Assembly: GCA_963789955.1 (NCBI GenBank)
Contig: CAWBMV010000015.1
Coordinates: 1 to 64,000, forward strand
Source of the DNA: an uncultured Candidatus Rokubacteria bacterium
GTDB taxonomy: Bacteria; Methylomirabilota; Methylomirabilia; Rokubacteriales; CSP1-6
Direction of reading: 5' to 3'
DNA length: 64,000 nucleotides
This document shows positions 51,649 to 64,000 of the stretch, one piece after another. The number at the start of each line of letters is the position of its first letter. The stretch's first letter is position 1. The position numbers were made by a program, and so were the translations under genes. A model generated the notes under the pieces. It saw only the letters and a program-made list of their open reading frames with translations. It was not told the DNA's origin and ran no database searches.

Positions 51649-52575
51649 ATGCTGACCGAGAAGGAGCGCACCGGAGCCTACGTCCTCGAGCAGCGCTATC
51701 CGCTGCCGCTCTCCTCGGCCATGCCCGACGTCTGGGACCTCTGGCGGCGGGCGAAGACGCTCGAGTGGGATCCGCAGACCGACATCCCCTGGGAAGAGCT
51801 GCACCCCGAGCGCTACAGCGCCGAGCAATTGCTGGCCGCGCAGATGTACTGGAGCCGGCGCACGTGGGGCGAGTACGGCGCGATCTCCGAGAGCCCGGCG
51901 CTCCTGCTGCGCTTCTGCCTCGAGCGTCAGCTGCCGGATCTCCAGTTCTTCTTCACGATGCGCACGATGGAGGAAGGGCGCCACGCCGAGGCCTCATGGC
52001 TGATGGCGGATCGTCTCGGGCGCTACTTTCCCCAGCCGCAGAACCCGCCGACGGCCGGCGCCGTCGGCACGCACGGGGTTCGCCGCATGGCGTTCGATCC
52101 CGAGACCTCGCTCGAAGGCATCTTCGCCAGCCTCGTCTGCGCCGCGGAGGAGATCCTGATCGACGTCTTCAAGGCCACCGTGCACAAGGCGACCAACCCG
52201 GCCGTGCGCCGGCTGATGGAGCTGATCCTGCGCGACGAGGTGCGGCACATCGCGTTCGGCTGGCAGTGCCTCGACGCCTGGGCGCCGTCCTTCACGCCGG
52301 AGACCGTGCGCAACATCGAGGCCGCCGTCACCACGATGATCGAGAACGTCGAGTTCCGCGGCTACCGGAACCTCTGGCTCGCGATCGAGGGCGGCAGCGC
52401 GACGCCGGCCGAGATCGACGCCGACCGCATCTCCTGCGAGGCGGGCCTGGGCGGCAACACGCCCGAGGACGAGATGCGAGTCTTTCCCGATTTCTTGAAG
52501 AAGATCCGCAAGCGGATGGCGCCGTGGGGCGTCAACATCCCCATGTTCGACCACCCGCGCCTGGGCAAGGTCTAG
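51649..52575 (+). CDS. Ferritin-like diiron-family protein with complete ligand set
   Basis: AKTLEWDPQTDIPW, GEYG, EEGRH, AAEE, DEVRH. Confidence 0.85.
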   Translation: MLTEKERTGAYVLEQRYPLPLSSAMPDVWDLWRRAKTLEWDPQTDIPWEELHPERYSAEQLLAAQMYWSRRTWGEYGAISESPALLLRFCLERQLPDLQFFFTMRTMEEGRHAEASWLMADRLGRYFPQPQNPPTAGAVGTHGVRRMAFDPETSLEGIFASLVCAAEEILIDVFKATVHKATNPAVRRLMELILRDEVRHIAFGWQCLDAWAPSFTPETVRNIEAAVTTMIENVEFRGYRNLWLAIEGGSATPAEIDADRISCEAGLGGNTPEDEMRVFPDFLKKIRKRMAPWGVNIPMFDHPRLGKV

Positions 52576-52582
52576 CGATCCG

Positions 52583-54877
52583 GTGAAGTTCATCGGCGAC
52601 CGGCTCCTCCGCAAGGAGGATCCGCGTCTGGTGCAGGGCCGCGGCCGCTACGTCGGCGACATCGCGCTGCCGGGCATGCTGCACGCCGCCATCCTCCGCA
52701 GCCCGCACGCCCACGCCCGATTCGGCGCCATCGACGCCGCCGCGCGCGATGAAGACCCCCGGCGTGGTCGCCGTCGTCACGTTCGCCGATCTCGGCGAGG
52801 CCGCTCGCCAGCTGCCGATCGTGCCGCCGCACGCGGCGCTGCGCGGCAAGAACTTTTCGCTCCTCGCCGGCGATCGCGCGCGCTTCGTGGGCGAAGCGGT
52901 CGCGGTGGTGGTGGCGGAGAGCCGCTACGCCGCCGAAGACGCGCGCGAGCGGATCGACGTCGCGTGGGAGCCGCTGCCCTCGGTGCAGGAACCAACCGCG
53001 CCCGGGCCGGCGTCCGTTCACGACGACATCGCCGACAACCTCGCGGGCCGCGTGACCTTGGCGCGCGGCGACGTCAGGGCCGCGCTCGGGGCCGCGCCCC
53101 GCCGGGCGAGCTTGACCCTGAGCATCGGGCGCGCCGGCGGCCAGCCGATGGAGACACGCGGGCTGGTCGCCGAGTACAACGCGATGGCCGGGCTGCTCAC
53201 GGTGTGGGCGTCGTCGCAGGTTCCGCACCAGGTGCGGCAGTTCATCTGCGATCTGCTCGGGCTCGAGCCGCATCGCGTGCGCGTGCTGGCGCCCGACGTC
53301 GGCGGTGGCTTCGGCGCCAAGCTGATCGTCTATCCCGAGGACGTGCTGATCCCGCTGCTGGCGTTGCGCCTGGGCCGTCCCGTGCGGTGGCTCGAGGATC
53401 GTGTCGAGCACATGCTGACGGCCACCCAGGAGCGCACGCAGGTGCACACGGTCGAGGTCGGCTTCGATGACGAGGGGCGCCTGCTCGCGCTCCGCGACCA
53501 TTTCGTACACGACACCGGCGCGTATACGCCGCGCGGTCTGGTCGTGCCGCTCCTGAGCGCCTCGATGCTGGCCGGTCCGTACCGGATCCCCGCGGTCGAG
53601 GTGACGTTCGACAGCGTCTACACCAATCGCGTGCCGGTGACGCCGTACCGCGGCGCCGGCCAGCCGCAGGCCGTGTTCGTCATCGAGCGGGTGATGGACC
53701 TGATCGCGCGCGAGACCGGGCGCGATCGCGCCGCCGTTCGCTTCACCAATCTCGTGCAATCGGCCGACATGCCGTACGACGTCGGCCTGCCGAACTATCG
53801 CGGCTCCGGCAACGTCATCTACGACAGCGGCGACTACCCGGCGGTGCTGCGCCACGCGCTCGAGATGTCGGACTACGAGCGCCTCTCGAAGGAATGCCGG
53901 CGTGCTCGCGACGAGGGCCGGCTCCTCGGCCTCGGCGTCGCGTGCTACGTCGAGCTGACCGGCGTGGGTCCGTTCGAGGGCGCGACCGTTCGCGCCGACA
54001 CGTCCGGACGCATCACCGTCTTCACCGGGGTGCCCTCGCAAGGGCAGGGGCTCGAAACGACGCTCGCCCAGGTCGCGGCCGGTGAGCTCGGTGTGACGCC
54101 GGAGGATGTGGCGGTGATCGGCGGCGACACCCTGGGGATCAGCCAGGGCATCGGCACGTTCGCCAGCCGCGCCGCGGTCGTCGGCGGGAGCGCGGTCGCG
54201 CTGGCCGCGCGCGAGCTGCACGCCAAGGCCGTCCGTCTGGCGGCTCACGCGCTCGGCGTCGCGGAAGACGAGATCCAGCAGCACGGCAAGTTCTTCGCCG
54301 AGCGCGCCCGGCCCGAGCGTCGGATCGAGCTCGGCCGCCTCGCGTCCGCGGCCGCGATGGCCACGGCGGCGCACGGCGTGGCCCCCGGGCTCGAGGCCAC
54401 GCATTTCTTCCAGCCGCCGGACATCGCCTATTCGAGCGGCGCGCACGTCGCGCTGGTCGAGGTCGATCGCGAAGCGGCGCGCGTGCGTCTGCGTCGGCTA
54501 CTGGGTGAGTCACGACAGCGGCCGGCTCATCAATCCCACGATCGTCGAGGGCCAGATCCACGGCGGGGTGGCCCTCGGTATCGGCAGCGCGCTCTTCGAA
54601 GAGATCCAGTACGACGCCGCCGGTCAGCCGCTCGGTGCGAGCTTCATGGATTACGCGCTGCCGCGCAGCGACGACGTCCCGCCCGTCGCGATCGACCATC
54701 TCGAAACACCGTCGCCGCTGAATCCGCTCGGCGTCAAAGGCGTCGGCGAATCGGGCTCACTGCCGGTCGCGGCCGTCGTCGCGTCGGCGGTCGAGGACGC
54801 GCTGACCGGTTCTGGTATCCGACGTGGAGGGAATGCCTCTCACGGCCGGCGCGCTCCGTCGACTGCTGTGGTCGTGA
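52583..54877 (+). CDS. Xanthine dehydrogenase family molybdopterin-binding large subunit (CoxL-like); frameshifted
   Basis: RKEDPRLVQGRGRYVGD, RSPHAHA, DVGGGFGAK, YRGAGQP, YDSGDY, QGQGLET, GTFASR, VEGQIHGG, GVKGVGE. Confidence 0.9.
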
Positions 54878-54898
54878 GTCCTCCCGGCAAGCGCCTCA

Positions 54899-54927
54899 TT
54901 GACAGCGCGTGGTATGGCGCGGACACT
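54899..54927 (+). promoter_or_regulatory. Sigma70-type promoter TTGACA-N17-GACACT
   Basis: Consensus -35 and 17-nt spacer, upstream of the DUF1059 gene. Confidence 0.45.
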
Positions 54928-55020
54928 CGTCGTGTCGGCGTCGTGCCGCGTGAACGGACCGTTTCGACGAAGTCTCATGTGCTGAGCCGCGATGACGCGG
55001 CACGAAGAAAGGGGTTCGCG

Positions 55021-55201
55021 ATGGCAAAGGTGCTTCGATGCGGTGATTTGATGCCCGGCTGCAACGCGGTCATCGAGGGCAAGGACGAGGCCGAGGTGAT
55101 GGCCAAGGGCGCGGAACACGCCAAGACGGCGCACAAGATGACGTCGATCCCCACTGGAGGTGGCGGCGAAGGTCAAGGCGGCGATCAAGGACAAGAACTA
55201 G
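55021..55201 (+). CDS. DUF1059 small metal-binding protein (one frameshift)
   Basis: MAKVLRCGDLMPGC...HAKTAH...KVKAAIKD. Confidence 0.8.
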
Positions 55202-55329
55202 CCCCGCGAACCTGGCGTGCTTCAGGGCACACGGGCGCCGACCCTGCTCGGCGCTCGTCGTGTCTTCAGGGCCGGTTCCGAGACCGACGAGCGGATTCGC
55301 AAGCTCGCGACAGGCTTGACGTCTCCGCG

Positions 55330-57778
55330 ATGGGCCTGATAGACAAGCGCCAGATGCTTCGACGCCCGCTCCACGATCCCCGACGGCTCGCGCTCTCTCT
55401 GTTCTCGACGCCTCTGCCCGGTCGAGTGGCCGGCAGCCGATGAGGACGCGACACGCTTCGAGCGTCGGGACGCGAGCCTGGATTTCACGAGCCCGGCGGG
55501 ACCGGTCAGGTGACGTTCTGCACCTCGCGTATCGTGCGCGTCGCCCTCGGCGCACACGAGTCGCACGACAGCGTCGTTCGTCGGTCCGCGAGTCTGGGCG
55601 CCGCCGCCGTTCGAAATCGCCGACGGCGAGCCCGTCCGGCTGGCGACGAGCGATTTGCGGCTCGAGGTCGAGACCCATCCGTTGCGCTTGACGTTCGCCG
55701 ACGCCGCCGGCGCCTGGCTCCTGCGCGAGCCCGCCGACGGAGGGATGGTACTCGAGCGCGGCGCCGCCGGCGCCGGGCGCGTGCGCGCCCGCTTCACGTT
55801 CTCCGGCGAGCAGCACTTCTACGGTCTCGGCCAGGGCGGCGGGCGGCTCGATCGCCTCGGGCAGGGCCGCCAGCTCTGGAACTCTCATCTCGGCCATGGG
55901 CCGGGCTCGGACATCGCGATCCCGCTGCTGGTCTCGAACCGAGGCTACGCGCTGTTCTTCGACAATCCCAGTGACGCGACGCTCGCGGTCGGTCGCTCGG
56001 ACAACGGCGTGCGCATCGACTACACGGCCGAGACCTCCGCGCTGACCTGGTACTTCCTGATCGGCCCCGACCTGCGCGGCCTCATGGGCGAGGTGGCCGA
56101 GCTCCTCGGGCGCGCGCCGCTGCCGCCGCGGTGGGCGCTCGGTTTCTTGCAGTCGACCCGGCACTTCGACGACACCGCCGAGCTGCAGCGCCTGCCGCGC
56201 ACGCTCCGCGAGAAGCGAATTCCGTGCGACGCGCTCATCTATCTCTCGACCTACGGCGAGGCCAAGGGATGGAACCGCGGGGTCGGCCACCTCGAGTTCC
56301 AGCCCACGCTCGTGGCCGAGGCCGGCGGCGTTGCTCGACGAGGTGCGAGCGCAGCACTTCGAGTTCATCACGCACGAGTATCCCGTGCTCCACGAACAGT
56401 CGCCGCTCTTCGCGGAGGCCGAGGCGCGCGGCTACCTCCTGGAGACGGGCTACGAGCGTGGAGCCGGCGGCGTGGCCAACTATCGCGAGGGCCAGCGCCA
56501 TCTCGACTTCTCGAACCCCGACGTGCGCGCGTGGTGGTGGGCGGCGCATCGTGAGCTCGTGCGGCTCGGCGTCGGCGGCTGGTGGCTCGACGGCGGCGAA
56601 GGCCCGCCGGCCGCCGCGAAGCTCGCCGCCGGGGACGGCACGCTCCTGCACAACATCTACGATCGCTTGCGCCACCAGGGGTTCGCCGAGGGCGAGGCCG
56701 CGGCGCGCCCGGATCAGCGCGTCTTCCTGCTGTGTCGCTCCGGCGCCGCCGGCATGCAGCGGTTCGGCGCCTCGACGTGGTCGGGAGACATCAACAACGA
56801 CTTTCCGACCCTGGACGCGCAGATTCCGCTCGGGTTGAACACGGGTCTGTCGGGCGTTCCCTACTGGGGCACCGACGTCGGCGGCTTCTTTCATCCCGTG
56901 CCGGAGACCGGCGAGCTCTATGCGCGCTGGTTCCAGTTCGGCGCGTTCAGCCCGATCTTCCGATCGCACGGCTGGGTGTGGCGCGAGCACACTCCGTGGG
57001 CTCACGGTCCCGAGGTCGAGGCGATCTGCCGACTCTACGCGGAGCTGCGCTACCGACTGCTGCCGTACACGTACACCCTGGCCCGGCAGGCGCACGCGCT
57101 CGGTCTGCCGCTCATGCGTCCGCTCGTCCTCAACTATCCGGACGATCCGAAGACGTGGACGCTCGATCACGAGTACCTGTGGGGCGACGATCTGCTGGTG
57201 GCACCGGTGACGCGCGAGGGTGCTACCGCGTGGCCGGTCTATCTCCCGGACGGCGAGTGGTTCGACTTCTGGACGGGGGAGCGCTACGTCGGGCCCGGCG
57301 GGATCACGCTGGCGGCGCCGCTCGAGCGGATGCCGCTGCTCGTCCGCGCCGGCGCGATTCTGCCGCTGGGCCCGATCGTTCAGTACACGGGCGAGCGCCC
57401 ACTCGACGAGCTGACCTTACAAATCTATCCCCGGGGCACCTCTCGCTTCGGGCTCTACGAGGACGACGGCCGCACGAACGCCTATCGCCGCGGCGTGTAC
57501 GCGCTGACACCGATCGTGTGCGTTGCGCAGCCCGGTCGCGTGTCGATTCGCGTCGAGTCGCCGGCTGGCGATCGATCGGTCGTGCCCGCCGGCCGCCGTT
57601 ACCTGCTCCGCGTGCGCGTCGCCGTCCGCGCGCCGTCGCGGTCGAGGGGACCGGCGAGCTTCTCCACGTCGGCGGCGACGCCGGGCGTTCCGGCTGGTGG
57701 ATGGACGACGCGGGGTTCCTCTGTATCCGGCTGCCGGCCGCATCGCAGGCCACCGTCGTGGTGACGCACGACGTCTGA
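55330..57778 (+). CDS. Glycoside hydrolase family 31 (alpha-glucosidase/xylosidase-like); frameshifted, start uncertain
   Basis: HFYGLG, LPPRWALGFLQS, WWLDGGE nucleophile, WSGDI, YWGTDVGGF, RWFQFGAFSPIFRSHG, LYEDDG. Confidence 0.9.
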
Positions 57779-57784
57779 CGGTGA

Positions 57785-57812
57785 GCCCGGGGGCCCGAGC
57801 GGCCCCCCGGGC
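57785..57812. terminator. GC-rich hairpin between convergent genes
   Basis: GCCCGGGGGCC-loop-GGCCCCCCGGGC imperfect stem; no U-tract. Confidence 0.4.
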
Positions 57813-57820
57813 CGGGTCAA

Positions 57821-59874
57821 CTACGCCTTGAAGTACCAGGTCTCCGTGTGCGCGATGTGCGGGTTGTCGCTCACCGCGCTGTTCCACAGCCGCTCGGGGA
57901 CGTTGCCCATCGTGTTCTTGATCACGCGCACGCCCTGCGAGGCGGGCGAGTTCGAGACGACGGGGATCAGCCACAGCTCGTCGAGCGCGATCTTCCAGAC
58001 CTCCTTGGCCAGGCGCGTGCGCTCCTGGTCGGGCACGCCGAACGATCGCCGATAGGTCGCCATCAGCTCGCGCATCCGCGCCGGCGGCTCCTTGCCCTGC
58101 CGCGCCGGCGCTCGCAGTACCAGACTGCCGTAGAGCGGTCCCAGCGGGCTTGGTGAGCTCCGTGGGGAAGAGCAGCGGCGGGTGGCCGAACATGTCGTCC
58201 GCCCCCCACTGCGTCTCGAAGTAGATCTGGTGCTCGTTGGCTCGCATGCGCGTGGTGGCCAGCCCGCGCTCCAGCTCCTGCACCTCGCCGCGGACGCCGA
58301 TCTTCTTCCACTGCTCGACGATCATCTCCGCCATCTGCGTGAACGGCAGGAAGCCGAGATATGTCGTCAGCGCCAGTCGGAGCCGGCCACCACCGTCGGC
58401 GCGCAGGCGGTAGCCCTCGCTGTCCTTCTTGGTGAGACCGAGTGCGTCGAGCATCTCGTTGGCCTTCTTCACGTCGTAGGCCGACGTGCAGCGTCTTGTA
58501 CTCCGGCCCGGGGAAGTACGGCGTGCGTCGCCCGGCGCCGCCGAGCCGGCCTGACCGAGCCCGAGCACGAACGTCTCGTTGATCTGGGTGCGGTCGATCC
58601 CGTGCGACAGCGCGATCCGGAATTCGCGGCGTGCTGAGCCACTTCGCGATCTCCGGGTCCTTGTCGAAGCTCTGGTTGCAGAACAGCCCGACGTCGGCGC
58701 CCTGGTCAGACGGGTCGAGGTGGACTCGGTAGTCGCCCTTCTGCTGGTTCTCGAGCAGCACCGGCAGCTTGCTGATGTCGATGTGGCGTGCCTGCGAGTC
58801 GTACTCGCCGGCGATCGCGCGCAGGTTGATGACCTCGAGGTTCTCGCCGAGCGTCATGCGGATGCGGTCGATGTACGGCAGCTGATTGCCGTCGGTGTCG
58901 ACCCAGATGCTGTAGGGGTTACGCTCCAGGCTCCAGGTCGGCGTGTTGATCGGCGACACTGTCTTCCAGGCCGTCACGACTGGCAGGTCCGGGTTGCGGC
59001 ACGCGTCGTTGCGGTTCTTGAACAGCAGCACCCAGTTGTCGAACTTCAGGTCGGCGACCTTCTTGCGGACGTCGTCCTTCGACGCGTACTTCGGGATGGA
59101 ACTGCTTCAGGTAGTGCGCGGGCGCGAAGCCGCCCAGGGCGTCGCGGCCGTAGCGCGCGTGGTGTCCGATGCCCCACACCGAGGCCGAGCACCGTCGGCA
59201 GCGCGAAGTAGGGATCGGGCGCGAGGAACTGCACGGTGGAGGCGTCGACCTTCTTCACCGCAATCGGCTTGCCGTTGATGGTCATCACGGAGAGCGGCGT
59301 CGGCACCAGCTCCTTGTTCGAGTAGACCTCCTCGAACCAGAACACGAAGTCGTCGGCGGTGAACGGCTGACCGTCGCTCCACTTCATGCCGCGGCGCAGG
59401 GACATCGTGATCGTCCGACCGTCCGGGCTGACCTCCCAGGCGCGCGCGATGTTGGGCACGATCTTGGTGCCGGTGTAGTCGCAGTAGAGCAGCTTGTCGT
59501 TTTGCGCGGCACGGTGGCCGTTCGAGGTGTCGAACGGCCCGGTGAAGCCGCGCCGCCACGTGCCGCCGTACTTGCCGATCTCGTGCAGCGGCTTGACGAC
59601 CAGCGGATCCTGGCCGATGCGCTGCGCACGGGCGGAAGCTTGCCGGCCTTGACCAGCTCGGCGAGCTGAGGCGCCTCCTTGAAGGTCTTGGGATATTGCG
59701 CGAGATCGGTGACGACCTCGGCGCCCTCGAGCTTGCCGATCAAGTTGGTGCTCGGCTTCACGCCCTGCGCCTGGGCCCGCGTCACCAGGCCGTCCGGCAT
59801 CTGCGAGGCGGCGAGCGCGAAGAGCCCGGCCTGCAGCACTCGGCGTCGCGAAGGCGCTCGTCGTGGTCACTCAT
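57821..59874 (-). CDS. Family 5 (Opp/Dpp-type) ABC substrate-binding protein with Tat signal; multiple frameshifts
   Basis: RRRVLQ leader; FKEAPQLAELVKAGKLPPV, IGKYGGTW, MKWSDGQPFTADD, ERNPY, GNQLPYID, ETWYFKA. Confidence 0.88.
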
Positions 59875-59876
59875 GA

Positions 59877-60918
59877 TCATGTCCTTTCGGGGCTGCGCCC
59901 GATCCGGCGGCAGCTCTGGCGACGGACGAGTTGCAGCGGCAACGGGCCCGACTCCTGGGCGGCCCGCCCGGCGATGAGGTCCAGCAACGTGGCCGCCGCG
60001 GCGCGGCCCAGCTCGTGGCGCGGCACGCGGACAGTGGTGAGCGTCGGCGTGACCAGGCTGGCATACGGCACGTCGTCCCAGCCGACGACCGAGAGATCGC
60101 GCGGGACGCGGACGCGGCGTTCGGCGCACGCCTGCAGGACGCCGATGGCCATCGTGTCGTTGTGACAGATCACGGCGGTCGGCGGCGCGTCGAGCGCGAG
60201 CAGGCGCAGACCGGCGCGATGGCCGCCTTCGATCGAAATGCGCTCACGGACGATCAGCGACGGCGGAGGCGTCAGATCGCTGTGACCAAGCGCTCGCGCG
60301 TACCAGTCTTCGCGGCTGGCAAAGGGCGCCTCGTCACGCGAAGGCACGACGAGCGCGACGCGGCGGTGCCCGAGGGCGGCGAGGTACTCGACGACCTCTG
60401 ACGTCGCGCTCGGCCAGTCGACCCACACCGACGCCACGTGCCGGCCGCGGACCTCGCGATTCAGAAACACCATCGGCACGCCCGCTCGCCGGCCCAGCGC
60501 GGCCAGCTCCTCGGGAACGACTCCGCGGCGCCCCGAGGATCAACCCGTCGGCGCTGCGGTCGAGCAGGTGCTCGACGTTGCGGCGCTCGACTTCGGGATC
60601 GCGGCGACTGCTCGCGAGAAACAGGCTATAGCCCAGAGGTGACAAGACGTCCTCGGCGCCGCGCACGACGTCCGGGAAGAAGGGACTGGCCACGTCGCCC
60701 ATCACGACAGCCGACCGTGAACGTCTTGCGGCTCGCGAGGCTCCGTGCGACGTGGTTGGGATGGAAGCCCGAGCTCGGCGATGGCCCGTTCGACGCGCGT
60801 CGAGTGTCGGCGCGATCGAAAGCTCGCCGTTGATCACCCGCGAGACCGTCTGGTGCGAAACCAGGGCGCGCCGGCCGACATCTCGGATCGTGGCGCGTTG
60901 TTCTTCAGCGAACGTCAT
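59877..60918 (-). CDS. LacI family transcriptional regulator (frameshifted)
   Basis: TIRDVGRRALVSHQTVSRVING HTH; LGHRRVA, CHNDTMAIG, VPRDLSVVGWDD, LTTV. Confidence 0.9.
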
Positions 60919-60947
60919 TCGTGGCACCTGCCGGCGCGTCTGAGGGC

Positions 60948-60965
60948 CTTGTGACCGGTCACAAG
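60948..60965. promoter_or_regulatory. LacI-type operator, perfect 18-bp palindrome CTTGTGACCGGTCACAAG
   Basis: Perfect palindrome with central CG between the divergent LacI and permease genes. Confidence 0.8.
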
Positions 60966-60992
60966 CTAGCAGTAGGATCTCCCCGGTGTCAA
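60963..60992 (-). promoter_or_regulatory. Sigma70-type promoter TTGACA-N18-TAGCTT for the LacI/binding-protein genes
   Basis: Minus-strand -35 at 60987-60992 and -10 at 60963-60968, abutting the operator. Confidence 0.55.
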
Positions 60993-61010
60993 CGACCTCG
61001 GGGACGCACC

Positions 61011-62015
61011 ATGCTGACGTACGTCGTTCGTCGCTTGCTCCTCGCCGTCCTCGCGATGCGGGCGGTCTCGGTCATGGCCTTCGTGATCATCCAGCTTCCG
61101 CCCGGCGATTATGTCACCGCCTACGTCGCGCAGCTGGCGGCAGCGGGATCGTCGCGCTCCAGGGCAGCTGCGAGCACGCTCCGCGACCAGTACGGGCTCG
61201 AGCGAGCCGCTCTGGGTGCAGTACGTGCGGTGGATGCGGCTGTGCGCTGCAGGGAAACTTCGGGGCGTCGCGCTCGAGTTGCGGCAAGCCCGTGTCGGAG
61301 CTGATCGGCGAGCGCCTATGCGCTGACGATGGCGCTCTCGGTCGGCGCCATCATGCTCACGTGGTTCCTCGCGATGCCGATCGGCATCTACTCCGCGGTC
61401 CGCCAGTACTCGCTCGGCGACTACGTCGGCGACGTTCATCGGCTTCATCGGCCTGGCCGTCCCGAGCTTCATGCTCGCGCTGGTGCTGATGTACGCGCGC
61501 TTCCGCTACTTCGGCGCCAACATCGGCGGCCTGTTCTCGCGCGAGTACGCGGACGCGCCGTGGAGCCTGGGCAAGGTCTGCGATCTGCTCAAGCACCTGC
61601 TGGCTCCCGGCCGTGATCCTGGGATGGCCGGCACCGCGAGCTCGTCCGGATCATGCGCGCCAACCTGCTCGACGAGCTGCGGCAAGCCGTACGTCATGAC
61701 GGCGCGCGCGCGCGGGGCTCGTCCGAGTGGCGCTCATCTGGAAGTACCCGGTGCGGGTGGCGCTCAACCCGTTCGTCAGCACGGCTCGGCTACCTGCTGC
61801 CGTACGTGGTCTCCGGCACCATCATCGTCGTCGGTCGTGCTCGAGCCTGCCCACGGTGGCCCGCTGCTCCTGCGCGCGCTGAGCGCCAGGACATGTACCT
61901 GGCCGGCGCCATCATCCTCCTGCTCGGCGCTGCTCACCGTGGTCGGCACGCTCATCTCGGACTTGCTGCTGTGCTGGCTCGACCCGCGGATCCGCACGGA
62001 CGGGCGAGGCGCTGA
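61011..62015 (+). CDS. Opp/Dpp-type ABC permease (OppB-like); heavily frameshifted
   Basis: MLTYVVRRLL, IIQLPPGDY, PIGIYSAVRQYS, MRANLLDEL, QDMYLAG, LDPRIR. Confidence 0.85.
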
Positions 62016-63198
62016 GCCACGGCGACTCCCGGCCGGCGGCGTGCCGAAGTCGCAGGAGCTCGCGCTGCCGGCGTCGAGGCCGAGCGGACCGCCTCTCGGT
62101 CGCCTCGCAGTGGCAGCTGATGTGGTGGCGCTTCCGCCGCCACCGGCTGGCCGTGGTCGGCGTGGCTCGTGATCGCGCTGTCTACCTGGTCGCTGCTCTT
62201 CGCCGACTTCCTCGCGCCGTACGCCGCCCGACCGCGCACCGACGGCGCACGATCGCTCTGCCGCCGCAGGCCGATCCACTTCTTCGACCGACGGGCAGCT
62301 TTCGCGCCCGTACGTGCTACGGCGCTGCACGGGCACGCGCGACCCGCATGACGCTTCGCGCTCGTCGTACGACGCCCGACCCGAGCGCGAAGCATCCCGT
62401 CCGCTTCTTCGCGCCCGGGTGCGCCTACAAGCTCTTCGGCCTGATCCCGACCGACTCCACCTGTTCGGCGTCGCCGAGGGCGCGCGCGACGGCGCGCGTC
62501 TTCCTCTTCGGCGCCGACGCGCCAGGGCCGCGACAGTCTCTCGCGCATGATCTACGGCGACGCGGATCTCGCTCTCGATCGGCCTGGTCGGCGTGGTCGC
62601 TCAGCCTTCGTGCTCGGCGTGCTCCTCGGCGGCATCTCCGGCTACTACGGCGGCGCGATCGACACGCTCATCCAGCGGGTCATCGAGTTCATCCGCTCGA
62701 TCCCGACGATCCCGCTCTGGATGGGCTCTGGCCGCGGCGCTGCCGGCGGACTGGTCGGTGCTGCAGGTCTACTTCGCGATCACGGTGATCCTGCTCGCTC
62801 ATCGGCTGGACCGGCCTGGCGCGCGTCGTGCGCGGCCGCTTCCTGTCGCTGCGCGAGGAGGACTTCGTGACGGCCGCGCGGCTGGCCGGCTGCGAGCCAG
62901 ACGCGGATCATCTTCCGCCACATGCGTGCCGTCGTTCACTCAGCCACATCATCGCCGCGATCACGCTGGCGATCCCGGAGATGATCCTCGGCGAGACGGC
63001 GCTGAGCTTCCTCGGCCTCGGGCTGCGTCCGCCCGGCGATCAGCTGGGGCGTGCTGCTCCAGGAGGCCCAGAACATCCAGGCGCTGGCGCATCTCGCCCT
63101 GGCTGCTCGTCCCCGCCGTGCCGGTGATCGTGGTCATCCTCGCCTTCAACTTCATCGGCGACGGCCTGCGCGACGCGGCCGACCCGTACGGGCGCTGA
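62016..63198 (+). CDS. Opp/Dpp-type ABC permease (OppC-like); heavily frameshifted, start approximate
   Basis: MWWRFRRHRLA, GGISGYYGG, IPTIPLWM, RGRFLSLREEDFV, ILGETALSFLGLGL, FNFIGDGLRDAADPY. Confidence 0.85.
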
Positions 63199-63210
63199 CC
63201 ACAGCCCGAC

Positions 63211-64000
<790 letters not shown>

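Noticed and set aside
52583..54877. Aerobic CO dehydrogenase (coxL form I)
   Set aside because: The active-site loop is PYRGAGQP rather than AYxCSFR, and no coxMS or accessory genes are present.
55330..57778. Sulfoquinovosidase (YihQ)
   Set aside because: The nucleophile motif is WWLDGGE, not the WMADFGE typical of sulfoquinovosidases; no sulfoglycolysis genes nearby.

Overview
A very GC-rich bacterial chromosomal window, densely coding, made up mostly of accessory metabolic and transport genes. Gene content and style are compatible with an uncultured soil lineage such as Candidatus Rokubacteria; this is inference only, since no marker gene is present. Many genes carry 1-bp frameshifts that become very dense after ~58 kb, most simply explained as long-read consensus errors, so those genes are reported as CDS with stitched, approximate coordinates. 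Content in order: an Ig-like lipoprotein; a NitT/TauT ABC importer; a di-haem CcP/MauG-family protein; SDR; HpcH aldolase; DUF922 protease lipoprotein; Baeyer-Villiger monooxygenase; acyl-CoA dehydrogenase; an orphan beta-class DNA methyltransferase; a TetR-controlled quinate/shikimate catabolic cluster; a Cys-rich protein and REC-AraC regulator; an MBL hydrolase; a divergent IlvC; an HpnA-like epimerase; two fused ABC proteins; several exported hypotheticals; a Na+/H+ antiporter; an ECF42 sigma/DGPF locus with two matching promoters; a Liv-type ABC importer; a Rieske oxygenase, SDR and flavin monooxygenase; a tandem pair of ferritin-like diiron proteins (one intact, one ligand-degenerate) followed by an orphan molybdo-hydroxylase large subunit; and a GH31/LacI/Opp-type sugar uptake locus with a perfect 18-bp operator. 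The best candidate for an undescribed system is the diiron pair plus Mo-subunit operon (50659-54877). No rRNA, tRNA, CRISPR array, integrase or transposase was seen.
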